From Dehalococcoidia bacterium (GTDB lineage: Bacteria > Chloroflexota > Dehalococcoidia > Lucifugimonadales > UBA3495), in assembly GCA_963668585.1 (NCBI GenBank), contig OY764869.1, forward strand, positions 201,880 through 265,879: DNA of 64,000 bases, read 5' to 3'. The stretch's first letter is position 1, and the number at the start of each line of letters is the position of its first letter. Shown here one piece after another: positions 9,419-17,894 of this stretch. Below the pieces are notes generated by a model. That model did not search any database, was not told the origin of the DNA, and saw nothing but the letters and a program-made list of their open reading frames with translations. A program made the position numbers and the translations under genes.

Positions 9419-10162
9419 ATGAAACTGGAAGGACGAACTGCGTTGGTGACCGGAGGGTCGCGGGGAATCGGCCGGGCCATCTCCCTGGCGCTGGCCGAGG
9501 AAGGGGCCGACGTCGCCATCAACTACCTGTCAAACCAACAGGCAGCGGAGGAACTGCAGGAGGAGATCCGCCAACTGGGTCGCCAGGCCATTCTGGCGCC
9601 GGCTGACGTGAGCGACTTTCCCGACACCTACCGGATGGCGCAGCAGATAACCGAGGAGTTCGGCCATATCGACATCCTGGTGAACAACGCCGGCATCACG
9701 TCGGACAAAACCTTTGTGAACATGGACCACGCATCCTGGCGCAGGGTTTTGGCCATCAACCTGGACGGCGTATTCAACTGCACCAAGGTGTGCATCGACG
9801 GGATGGTGGAGCAGAACTACGGGCGGGTGGTCAACATCACTTCGGTGATTGGGCAAATTGGAAACTTCGGTCAGGCCAACTACGCCGCGTCGAAGGCTGG
9901 CGTGGCGGCAATGACCAAGTCGCTGGCCAAGGAACTGGCGGGACGCGGAATCAACGTGAACGCGGTGGCGCCGGGCTTCATCGAAACGGAAATGGTGTCG
10001 TCGATACCGGAGCGCATCCAGGAGCGGTTGTTGAATCAGATACCGCTCAAACGGTTCGGCAAGGCTGAAGAGGTGGCGCAGATGGTGGTGTTCCTGTGTG
10101 CGCCCGAGGGCGACTACGTGACGGGAGCGGAGCTTGAGGTGAACGGCGGCCTGTTCATGTAG
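9419..10162 (+). CDS. acetoacetyl-CoA reductase / 3-oxoacyl-ACP reductase (PhaB/FabG-type SDR)
   Basis: TGGSRGIG, NNAG and YAASK motifs, and position last in the PHA cluster. I prefer the ATG at 9419 over the GTG at 9410. Confidence 0.85.
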   Translation: MKLEGRTALVTGGSRGIGRAISLALAEEGADVAINYLSNQQAAEELQEEIRQLGRQAILAPADVSDFPDTYRMAQQITEEFGHIDILVNNAGITSDKTFVNMDHASWRRVLAINLDGVFNCTKVCIDGMVEQNYGRVVNITSVIGQIGNFGQANYAASKAGVAAMTKSLAKELAGRGINVNAVAPGFIETEMVSSIPERIQERLLNQIPLKRFGKAEEVAQMVVFLCAPEGDYVTGAELEVNGGLFM

Positions 10163-10189
10163 CGGACACTGTGCATCAGCAGTTTGCGT

Positions 10190-10218
10190 AGGGACGAATG
10201 ATCATTCGTCCCTTTTTT
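10190..10218 (+). terminator. rho-independent terminator of the PHA cluster
   Basis: Perfect palindrome agggacgaatgatcattcgtccct followed by TTTTTT, 28 nt after the stop codon. Confidence 0.8.
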
Positions 10219-10346
10219 GATCGTTGAGGCATTGCCACCCTGTGCGTGCGATGCCACAATGGGCGCGTTTTAAGCGTGCCAGTATGATGGTCGCAGGCGC
10301 GATGCAGAGAACGGTCGGGCTGTACGCCGGCGCCAGGAGATGAACA

Positions 10347-11228
10347 ATGAACATCGGCTTTTCCCTTTCCAACAACCAGGGGCTTTCGGACGTGCAGGAC
10401 GTGGTCAGTGTCGCCGCCCGCGCCGAGGAATTGGGCTACGATTCCGTGTGGGCCAGCGACCACGTATTCAACGTGAGCTACGTGTACGAACGCCTCGGAA
10501 GTCGTCCCTACTACGACCCGATGACCATCCTGACGTTTGCCGCGGCCCAGACCAGCCGCGTCATCCTGGGCACCAGCGTGCTGGTGCTGCCCTACCACAA
10601 CCCCATGCGTCTGGCCAAGCAGGCCGCCACGCTGGACCAACTTTCCGGCGGGCGCGTGGCGCTGGGTGTCGGCGTCGGCGTGATCGACACGGAAATTGAG
10701 GCAATGGGTGTTCCGTTCGCCGAACGTGGCCCCTACACCGACGAGTCGATCACCATCATGAAAACCCTGTGGTGCGACGACGACCCAAAGCATGAGGGCC
10801 GTTTCTTCCAGTTCTCCGACATGGCGTTCTCGCCGCGTCCCGTCCGGCCTGAGGGCATCCCGTTGATCATCGGCGGAACCAGCCGGGCCGCCATCCGGCG
10901 GGCGGCAAGACACGGCAGCGGTTGGCATCCCACGGCCATGCCGCCGGAGGATCTCGCGCAGGGCATCCGATATCTGGGCGAACAGGCGGAGCGCGCCGAC
11001 CGGGATCCGGCGTCCATCCCGGTGTCCGTGAGCGTACCGCTTCAGGGCGGACGGCCCGGGCGTTTCACCCTGGGAACCGAGCCGGCCGAGATGCGCGCCA
11101 ACGCCCAGGCCTACGCCGACATCGGCGTCTCACGCATCGTGGTGTCGCCTTATTCGGGCGACCCTGCGGTGGTCTTCCCGGCGATGGAAACGATTGCCGC
11201 CGAGGTTATGCCCGCGGTGGCAGACTGA
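10347..11228 (+). CDS. LLM-class F420-dependent oxidoreductase
   Basis: AEELGYDSVWASDHV near the N-terminus, a TIM-barrel LLM pattern, and GGTSRAAIRRAARHGSGWHP near the C-terminus. Confidence 0.85.
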   Translation: MNIGFSLSNNQGLSDVQDVVSVAARAEELGYDSVWASDHVFNVSYVYERLGSRPYYDPMTILTFAAAQTSRVILGTSVLVLPYHNPMRLAKQAATLDQLSGGRVALGVGVGVIDTEIEAMGVPFAERGPYTDESITIMKTLWCDDDPKHEGRFFQFSDMAFSPRPVRPEGIPLIIGGTSRAAIRRAARHGSGWHPTAMPPEDLAQGIRYLGEQAERADRDPASIPVSVSVPLQGGRPGRFTLGTEPAEMRANAQAYADIGVSRIVVSPYSGDPAVVFPAMETIAAEVMPAVAD

Positions 11229-11240
11229 CGCCGCAGACGA

Positions 11241-13211
11241 TTGGATCCAACCACGCTCGGAGATTACGCCTTGACTACCAACAACCGAACCATCGCGCCC
11301 CATGGCTCGTGGCGTTCGCCCATCACGGCCGACGCCATCATCGCCGAATCCATCAGCATCGGCCAGGTGGCCATTGACGGCGACGCCATCGTGTGGACGG
11401 AGGGCCGGCCCTCCGAGGGTGGCCGCAACGTCATCGTGCGCAGGACGCCGGATGACGCAGTCGTTGAGATCAACCCACAGCCGTTCAACGCGCGGACGCG
11501 GGTGCACGAATACGGGGGAGGAGCATGGATTGCCGACGGCGGCGTGGTGTGGTTCTCGAACTTCGACGACCAGCGCATCTACCGCCAGGAAGCGGGTGGA
11601 GCGCCGCAGGCGATTACGCCGGAGGCCCCACAGCGGTATGCCGATGCCACGCTGGACCGACGGCGGAACCGCCTCATCTGCGTGCGCGAAGATCACCTGG
11701 ACCCCGAGAATATCGTCAACATCATCGCTGCGGTGCCGGCCGATGGGGTCGGCGAGCAGGTCGCGCTGGCCGGTGGTTGGGACTTCGTATCATCGCCCCG
11801 GTTGAGTCCGGACGGTGACACGCTGGCGTGGCTCTCGTGGAACCATCCCAACATGCCGTGGGACGGGACGCACCTGTGGACGGCTCCGGTGCTGGAGGAC
11901 GGGAGGCTGGGCGAGGCAACGCTGGTAGCCGGCGGCAAGAACCTGTCGGTTTGCCAGCCCGAATGGTCGCCCAACGGAGCGCTGCACTACGTTTCCGAGG
12001 AAACGGGTTGGTGGAACCTGTATCGCTGCGGGGCAGACGGGCCGGAGGCTCTGTATCCGGACGATGCCGAATATGCCCGCCCGCAGTGGGTGTTTGCCAG
12101 CAGCACCTACGGATTCGCGGGCAACGGCGACATCGTGTGCGCCGTGAACCGACGTGGCGCATGGTCGTTGAACCGTTTGAATCCGGAAAACGGCATCATG
12201 CAGGAGTTGAATGTGCCGGCGGGCGAGATGGGTCGGGGTGACCTGGCGGTAGCGGGCGTGACGGCAGTGGTGGTGGCCGGCGATTCGGAGCGTCCGATGA
12301 CGTTGATGCGGGTGAACCTGAACACCGGCCATTGGGACACGCTGCGGGCATCGTCTGCGACGCAGATTGACGCCGGTTACGTCTCGCCGGCGCAGACCAT
12401 CGAGTTTCCGTCCAACGAGGGCCGGCCGGCCTATGCGCTGTACTACGCGCCGCGGAATCCGCGGTATCAGGCGCCGGAGGGTGAGTTGCCCCCGCTTCTG
12501 GCGCTGAGCCACGGAGGGCCGACCGGCGCGGCATCGGGAGCGCTGGACATGGCAGTGCAGTTCTGGACCAGCCGTGGCGTGGCGGTGGTGGACGTGGACT
12601 ACGGCGGCAGCGTGGGATATGGCCGCTCATACCGGCAGTTGCTCAACGGAAACTGGGGCGTGGTGGACGTGGACGACTGCGCCAACGCCGCGCTGCATCT
12701 GGTACACCAGGGACTGGCGGATGGCAACCGACTGGCCATTCGCGGCGGCAGCGCCGGCGGCTACACGACGCTGGCGGCGCTGACCTTCCGCAACGTATTC
12801 GCGGCGGGCGCCAGTTACTATGGAGTGTCGGACCTCACCGCCTTGGCCGCCGACACGCACAAGTTCGAGTCGCGCTACCTGGACCGGCTGGTTGCGCCGT
12901 ATCCGGAGGGCGAAGACATTTACCGGCAGCGGTCGCCCATCAACCACACCGACGGGCTTTCCTGTCCGATCATCCTGCTGCAGGGTCTGGAGGACCGCAT
13001 CGTCCCGCCGAACCAGGCGGAGATGATGTTCGAAGCGGTGCGAAGCAAGGGGATTCCGTGCGCGTACCTGCCCTTCGAGGGAGAGCAGCACGGGTTCCGC
13101 CGCGCCGAGAACATCAAGCGCGCGCTGGAGGCGGAGTTGTACTTCTACTCACAGGTGTTCGGGTTCGAACTGGCCGACCCGGTGGATCCGGTGGCGATTG
13201 AGAACCTGTAG
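11241..13211 (+). CDS. S9 family serine peptidase (prolyl oligopeptidase/acylaminoacyl-peptidase type)
   Basis: N-terminal beta-propeller-like half. C-terminal catalytic elements are GGSAGGY, LLQGLEDRIVP and EGEQHGF. The start codon is TTG. Confidence 0.85.
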   Translation: MDPTTLGDYALTTNNRTIAPHGSWRSPITADAIIAESISIGQVAIDGDAIVWTEGRPSEGGRNVIVRRTPDDAVVEINPQPFNARTRVHEYGGGAWIADGGVVWFSNFDDQRIYRQEAGGAPQAITPEAPQRYADATLDRRRNRLICVREDHLDPENIVNIIAAVPADGVGEQVALAGGWDFVSSPRLSPDGDTLAWLSWNHPNMPWDGTHLWTAPVLEDGRLGEATLVAGGKNLSVCQPEWSPNGALHYVSEETGWWNLYRCGADGPEALYPDDAEYARPQWVFASSTYGFAGNGDIVCAVNRRGAWSLNRLNPENGIMQELNVPAGEMGRGDLAVAGVTAVVVAGDSERPMTLMRVNLNTGHWDTLRASSATQIDAGYVSPAQTIEFPSNEGRPAYALYYAPRNPRYQAPEGELPPLLALSHGGPTGAASGALDMAVQFWTSRGVAVVDVDYGGSVGYGRSYRQLLNGNWGVVDVDDCANAALHLVHQGLADGNRLAIRGGSAGGYTTLAALTFRNVFAAGASYYGVSDLTALAADTHKFESRYLDRLVAPYPEGEDIYRQRSPINHTDGLSCPIILLQGLEDRIVPPNQAEMMFEAVRSKGIPCAYLPFEGEQHGFRRAENIKRALEAELYFYSQVFGFELADPVDPVAIENL

Positions 13212-13248
13212 CCGGTGACGCAACGAGACCTGCACCCGGCAACCCCGA

Positions 13249-13257
13249 TGATATAAT
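13249..13257 (+). promoter_or_regulatory. extended -10 promoter element (TGaTATAAT) positioned for a leaderless transcript
   Basis: tgatataat at 13249-13257 ends 6 nt before the ATG at 13264. There is no Shine-Dalgarno sequence in between and no good -35 element. Confidence 0.4.
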
Positions 13258-13263
13258 CAACTC

Positions 13264-14070
13264 ATGCCAACCGAACCCATCCCACAGCTCGATCCGGAAC
13301 TGTTGGTTGCGCGCATCATCGCGGAGTTGCAGGCCAACCCGGAAGCGCAGCCGCTGCTGCTGCGCGCCATGCTCACCAACGAGTTCCTGGGGATGCCGGC
13401 CCGGCTCGACCGTATCGAAAAGGACGTGGCCGAGTTGAAAGTGGATGTGGCACAGTTGAAGGCCGACATGGTGGAAGTCAAGGCCGATATCGCTGTACTG
13501 AAGACTGACGTGGCTGTACTGAAGACTGACGTGGCTGTACTGAAGACTGACGTGGCCGTACTGAAGACTGACGTGGCCGTACTGAAGACTGACGTGGCCG
13601 TACTGAAGACTGACGTGGCTCAACTAAAGGGCGATGTGGGCTATCTCAGAGGCAGTGATCTGGAAATCCGCCTGCACCGGAATCTCAGGTCCATCGTCAG
13701 CCAGCGGCTGGACCTGATTCGACCGCGCATCATGCAGAGCCAATTGCAGGAGCCAATCAACGAATTTGCCGACGAGATCCACGACGCATACCGCGAGGGA
13801 CGCATCAGCAGCGATCAGTATCGACGGCTTGAACGAACCGACTTCATCATGCGCGCCCAGCAGTTGGACAACCATTCTTTGATCCTGGTGGCCGTTGAAG
13901 CATCTGCCACCGTGGACGCGCACGATATTGAACGCGCCCGCGAATCTGCTGACGCGCTGGCAACCGTATTCGGGACCGACACCATCGCGGTTGTGTCGGG
14001 CTATCGCATTGACCCCAGAGACCTGACCAAGGCTGAAGACGTGAGTGTGCGGTATGTGCAAGCCAACTGA
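13264..14070 (+). CDS. coiled-coil heptad-repeat protein with a restriction-endonuclease-fold-like C-terminal domain (uncharacterised)
   Basis: About 10 heptads (DVAELKV...AVLKTDV x6...AQLKGDV). The C-terminal half has the pattern TDFIM...LILVAVEASATVDAHDIERA...AVVSGYRI. Confidence 0.75.
   Translation: MPTEPIPQLDPELLVARIIAELQANPEAQPLLLRAMLTNEFLGMPARLDRIEKDVAELKVDVAQLKADMVEVKADIAVLKTDVAVLKTDVAVLKTDVAVLKTDVAVLKTDVAVLKTDVAQLKGDVGYLRGSDLEIRLHRNLRSIVSQRLDLIRPRIMQSQLQEPINEFADEIHDAYREGRISSDQYRRLERTDFIMRAQQLDNHSLILVAVEASATVDAHDIERARESADALATVFGTDTIAVVSGYRIDPRDLTKAEDVSVRYVQAN
13492..13617 (+). repeat. six tandem 21-bp in-frame repeats
   Basis: gctgtactgaagactgacgtg occurs three times, then gccgtactgaagactgacgtg three times. 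The only difference is one synonymous site. Degenerate copies flank the array across 13429-13638. Confidence 0.95.
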
Positions 14071-14091
14071 ATGGCCTCATCCACAGGCGTT

Positions 14092-15276
14092 TCAGTAAGC
14101 CGCCTGCAGCACCTCAATAATTGGGCCAGCGTCAACCACAGGCTTGGGGTTGGTGCTGAGGCTGCGGTCCTGCAGCGTGGCGGTGGCGATGTATTCCAGA
14201 CCGTCCTCGGGGACGCCCACCTCCCGCAGCGTGCGCGGCAGTTCCAGGTCTCGGCACAGTTCGTCCACCGCGTCGGCGGCGGCCAGGCCAGCCTCCTCGT
14301 CGGTCATGGTGGATCTGGCTACGCCGATAGCCTCGGCGATCAGACGCTGGCGGTCGGCGCAGGCGTCCAGGTTGTAGCGCATGGTGTGCGGCAGCAGGAT
14401 GGCGTTGGCCTCGCCGTGAGGGACGTCGTACAACCCGCCCACATGGTGGCACGTCGCGGTGTTGAGTCCCAGGCCGCCAAAGGACGCCAGCGACGCCATG
14501 GCGCACGCGGTCTTGGTGGTGAGCAGCGTGTCGATATCCCCATCCTTGCAGCGGGGCAGGTTATCGAAGAGCAGGCGGATGGCATGGAGCGCCATTCCGT
14601 CGCCGATGGGGTTGCGACCGGTGGAATAGACGGTCTCGATGGCGATGCGCAACTGCCCGATGGCTGTGGACACCAGTATGCGCAGGGGCGTGGTGGCCAG
14701 CGCCTGACCGTCAATGACGACGGTGCGGTGGGTCACACCATCGCCGGCAATGCTCAGCTTGCGGCCCTGCTCATGGTCGGTGATTCCGCCGCCGCCGCGA
14801 CTGAACTCGGCGCAGCCCATGGTCGTGGGAACGCTGACGATGGGTACCTTGGGCGACGGTGTCGGCGGCACGATGATCTTGTCGGGAGGCTCGAAGAAGA
14901 TCGCGTAATCGCGGATATCCCCACCCTCCCCCAGCAGGACCGCGATGGCCTTGGTGGTGTCGTGGGTGCTGCCGCCGCCGACGCTGATAAAGACGTCGGG
15001 CTGCGTCTCCCTGGCCATGGCGGCGCCGGCCTCGACGGTTTCGACGGGCGAGTGGGGCGCGACGCCGGAGTAGGTGCCGACGTATCGCGAACCCAGCGCT
15101 TCCTGCACCCTGGGCACCACGTCGCACGCTCTGAGGATGGTCGGCCCACAGGTGATCATGGCGCGGCCACCGCCCAGGCTGTCCACCACAGCCGGCAGGT
15201 CGTTGATGGCGGCCTCCGAACAGACAATGTCCTGGTGCAGGGGGTCGTAGCGATAGTGCAGGGCGTTGGCAGGCAT
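14092..15276 (-). CDS. iron-containing alcohol dehydrogenase family (maleylacetate reductase-like)
   Basis: GGGSTHDTTKA motif and metal-binding histidine region HHVGGLYDVPHGEANAILLPH. Confidence 0.85.
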   Translation of the reverse strand: MPANALHYRYDPLHQDIVCSEAAINDLPAVVDSLGGGRAMITCGPTILRACDVVPRVQEALGSRYVGTYSGVAPHSPVETVEAGAAMARETQPDVFISVGGGSTHDTTKAIAVLLGEGGDIRDYAIFFEPPDKIIVPPTPSPKVPIVSVPTTMGCAEFSRGGGGITDHEQGRKLSIAGDGVTHRTVVIDGQALATTPLRILVSTAIGQLRIAIETVYSTGRNPIGDGMALHAIRLLFDNLPRCKDGDIDTLLTTKTACAMASLASFGGLGLNTATCHHVGGLYDVPHGEANAILLPHTMRYNLDACADRQRLIAEAIGVARSTMTDEEAGLAAADAVDELCRDLELPRTLREVGVPEDGLEYIATATLQDRSLSTNPKPVVDAGPIIEVLQAAY

Positions 15277-15335
15277 GGTTCTATCTCCAGGTTGTGAGGC
15301 AGGCAGGGATAACGACCTGATCGTGCTCGGCGAAA

Positions 15336-15764
15336 CTATATCACCATCAGGTGGCTTTCATTAGCTCCGTGAACGGCGTCCAGAGGGATGCGGGTATCCA
15401 GCGTTACCAGCCGGACGTTGTGTTTAACGGCCAAGGCCAAAAGGTACACGTCGGTCAGTTGACGGTAACCCGACAACCGCCGGTCGTCAACCAGCGATTC
15501 GTCAAGCAGGCTGGCGTCGTCGGGGATGAATTGGTGGTGATCCGTGGACGTGGCGGTCCGCAACAGATCCGTAGCCACGATCACGCTCAACGGACGCGGA
15601 TATTGGGGTTGGGACAAGATGCGTACGCAGCCGTTTTGCGTTAGCGGGCAGGATGCCCATCCGAGTGCTAAATTTGCCGCGAACCAAACAGACACTGCCG
15701 CGTGAGCGGCGTGGTGTCGGTCCAGGAGAGCTAGCAGGCAGTTTACGTCATACAGAGCCCTCAA
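15336..15764 (-). CDS. vapC: type II toxin VapC (PIN-domain ribonuclease)
   Basis: Acidic PIN residues in YDVN, LTDVYLLALA and LVTLD. The TTG start lies 3 nt after the antitoxin stop. Confidence 0.8.
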   Translation of the reverse strand: MRALYDVNCLLALLDRHHAAHAAVSVWFAANLALGWASCPLTQNGCVRILSQPQYPRPLSVIVATDLLRTATSTDHHQFIPDDASLLDESLVDDRRLSGYRQLTDVYLLALAVKHNVRLVTLDTRIPLDAVHGANESHLMVI

Positions 15765-15767
15765 GGT

Positions 15768-15971
15768 TCAGATACCCAACTCTTCCCGCCACTTGTTTAC
15801 CATCTCATTGGTAACCACGTAATCGCCGGCCGGCAGCGGTTTGAAACCGTACTGCTCCAGATCAACCGCCTGGACAGCGCTGACTTCCACGTCAACCACC
15901 TGGCCTTCCGGCAGTCCGAGCGGTGCGTCCAATTCGATGGTCCGACCCTTTACAATGCCTCTGCGTTTCAT
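15768..15971 (-). CDS. putative antitoxin partner of VapC
   Basis: 67-aa ORF translationally coupled upstream of vapC. It contains a swapped-hairpin-like segment IVKGRTIELDAPLGLPEGQVVDVEV. Confidence 0.55.
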   Translation of the reverse strand: MKRRGIVKGRTIELDAPLGLPEGQVVDVEVSAVQAVDLEQYGFKPLPAGDYVVTNEMVNKWREELGI

Positions 15972-16040
15972 GTCATTTCCCTTGGATGGCGGGACGATAC
16001 CGTGTTGCTGGCGCGGCGTGTCGCCTTGGCTTTGCCGGCG

Positions 16041-16559
16041 CTACTGATTCAGGCCGCGCTGCATGCCGCGCAGGTATCCGGCCTGCCCGCCGTGCTGGTT
16101 GACCTCCCAGATGAGCAGGCGGAACATATCGGCCACGGCCATGGCCTCGCCGCGCCGGTTGGTCATCTGGGTGCTGACGAGGGAATCGTCGTCGTGCTGG
16201 CTCAGGAACTCCAGCAGGTTGTCGCGTGCCGCGTCGGCGTACTCCATGACCACGGCCTTGTCCGGGCATTTCCAGTTGGTCAGATCCTCTACGGTGTAGC
16301 CGAAACCGACGTTCATGGGTTCCGGCGCGAACCCGAGGCGCTCGGCCCATCCCTGTTCGTAAAGCTGCGGTTCCTGTTTGGCAAGGGATTGGACCCACAT
16401 ATCCAGGGCGCGCCCGTAGTGCCAGACGATGAACCCGATGGAATGGCACTGATCATTGGGCGTGAACTCGATCTCCTCCTGGGTCAGCCCGTCCACGTAC
16501 CGGAGCAGCCAGTCCCAGTTGTTGTTGAAGGATTCCCTGATGAATTCTTGCAGCGCCAT
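16041..16559 (-). CDS. DinB family protein
   Basis: Four-helix DinB pattern with conserved histidines (HSIGFIVWHYGRALD ... NQHGGQAGYLRG). Confidence 0.75.
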   Translation of the reverse strand: MALQEFIRESFNNNWDWLLRYVDGLTQEEIEFTPNDQCHSIGFIVWHYGRALDMWVQSLAKQEPQLYEQGWAERLGFAPEPMNVGFGYTVEDLTNWKCPDKAVVMEYADAARDNLLEFLSQHDDDSLVSTQMTNRRGEAMAVADMFRLLIWEVNQHGGQAGYLRGMQRGLNQ

Positions 16560-16576
16560 GGTTGCCTCCCGGTGTA

Positions 16577-17551
16577 TCAGGTGGTCCAGATGGGGGGTCG
16601 CTTGTCCAGGAAGGCGGTGATTCCCTCATGGGCGTCGTCTTCCAGGAGGTTATCCACCATGACCCTGCCCGCGAACTGGTAGGCGGAAGGGCGATCCATT
16701 TCAATTTGTTTGTAGAACGCCGCTTTGCCCAGCGCCAGGGTCTGGGCGCTGGCGGAGGCAATCTGGCGGGCCAGATCCATGACCTGCCGATCAAGATCGT
16801 CCGCCGGAGCGATACGGCTGATGAGACCGAATTCCAGGGCTTCCTGCGCCGAAATGGGCCGACCGGTGAGCAGCATCTCCATCGCCTTCTTGGGCATCAC
16901 GGAGCGCGCGACCGCGACGCCCGGCGTGGTGCAGAACAGCCCGATCTGCACGCCCGGCGTGGCGAAAGCGGCGGTGTCGGCAGCCACGGCGATGTCGCAG
17001 GTGGCGACGAGTTGGCAGCCGGCGGCGGTGGCCAGACCCTGAACCTGCGCGATGACCGGCTTGGGCAACAGCCGGATGCCCTCCATGACGCGGGTGCAGG
17101 CGTCAAAGACGGCGGTGTAGTCCTCGGCATCCCCGTTGACCAGTTCGTTGAGGTCGTGTCCTGAACTGAACACCGGCCCCTCGGAGCGAATGACTACCAC
17201 GCGGGCTTCCGGGTCGTTCGCAATCCAGTCCAGCCACTCTTCCAACGCCGCCAGGGTGCGCGATGACAACACGTTGCGCTTTTTCGGATTGGTCAGCGTG
17301 AGGATAGCGATGCCGTCTTGCGCCCAGTTGTAGTCAACCGTCAGCGGCTCAATTTCCTCCGGCGTGGCCGGACGAACCTGCGCCCCGTCCACGTAGGCAA
17401 CGGCAATAGTGTTGCCAGCCGGGGAGAAAAACTCCACCATGTAAGCATCCGCGCCGGGGAAAATGTGCACGACAGTGCCTATTTTGCCTGCCTTCAGTTC
17501 GTACTCCGGCAGGTCTGATGTAAGTACGATTGGATCATGCTCTTCAATCAT
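16577..17551 (-). CDS. enoyl-CoA hydratase/isomerase (crotonase) with an N-terminal DUF4926-like extension
   Basis: Residues 1-69 (DPIVLTSDLPEYELKAGKIGTVVHIF...AYMVEF) resemble DUF4926 as I recall it. Residues 70-324 are a crotonase fold (ILTLTNPKKRNVL, SEGPVFSSGHDL, GLATAAGCQLV). Confidence 0.8.
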   Translation of the reverse strand: MIEEHDPIVLTSDLPEYELKAGKIGTVVHIFPGADAYMVEFFSPAGNTIAVAYVDGAQVRPATPEEIEPLTVDYNWAQDGIAILTLTNPKKRNVLSSRTLAALEEWLDWIANDPEARVVVIRSEGPVFSSGHDLNELVNGDAEDYTAVFDACTRVMEGIRLLPKPVIAQVQGLATAAGCQLVATCDIAVAADTAAFATPGVQIGLFCTTPGVAVARSVMPKKAMEMLLTGRPISAQEALEFGLISRIAPADDLDRQVMDLARQIASASAQTLALGKAAFYKQIEMDRPSAYQFAGRVMVDNLLEDDAHEGITAFLDKRPPIWTT

Positions 17552-17892
17552 ATTCGCCTCCCACGAGGATAAGCGCTGACGAGTCGAGGGAACTCGCTGC
17601 CCAGGTCAATTATCCAGACTGTTCTCAGCAACGGGTTGCGCCCATCCGGGGTGTTCAGAGTACCATCAACGGTGAAAACCGGTCCGTGTGGAGTTTCGGT
17701 AACGGAAGTGACTTCATGACTTGCCCCATGAGTCCGTAGGGCTTCTGCCAAGATCCACCACCGCTCACGATTAAAACCGAATTGGAGCAGGAAATCGGCC
17801 TTGCCGCCACCATCAGCATGATCGGGCACAAGCAGATAGTCCCTGGCTTTTTCCACTTGGACCCAGGCGTTTTCGGCGTTGGGGAGCTTCAC
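17548..17892 (-). CDS. DUF6883-like protein
   Basis: VKLPNAENAWVQVEKARDYLL...GGGKADFLLQFGF...RTVWIID...PRLVSAYP. The GTG start lies 2 nt after the ACAD stop, and the stop overlaps the downstream start (ATGA). The ORF-track extension to 18279 overlaps the ACAD gene. Confidence 0.6.
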   Translation of the reverse strand: MKLPNAENAWVQVEKARDYLLVPDHADGGGKADFLLQFGFNRERWWILAEALRTHGASHEVTSVTETPHGPVFTVDGTLNTPDGRNPLLRTVWIIDLGSEFPRLVSAYPRGRRI

Positions 17893-17894
17893 TC

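Noticed and set aside
13429-13638. Possible CRISPR-like or minisatellite array
   Set aside because: The 21-bp units are contiguous with no spacers. They are in frame and encode regular coiled-coil heptads inside a long ORF. There are no cas genes.
14071-15297. 408-aa plus-strand ORF
   Set aside because: It is antisense to the Fe-alcohol dehydrogenase gene (GGGSTHD motif). Its translation is Gly/Arg/Val-rich with no motifs.
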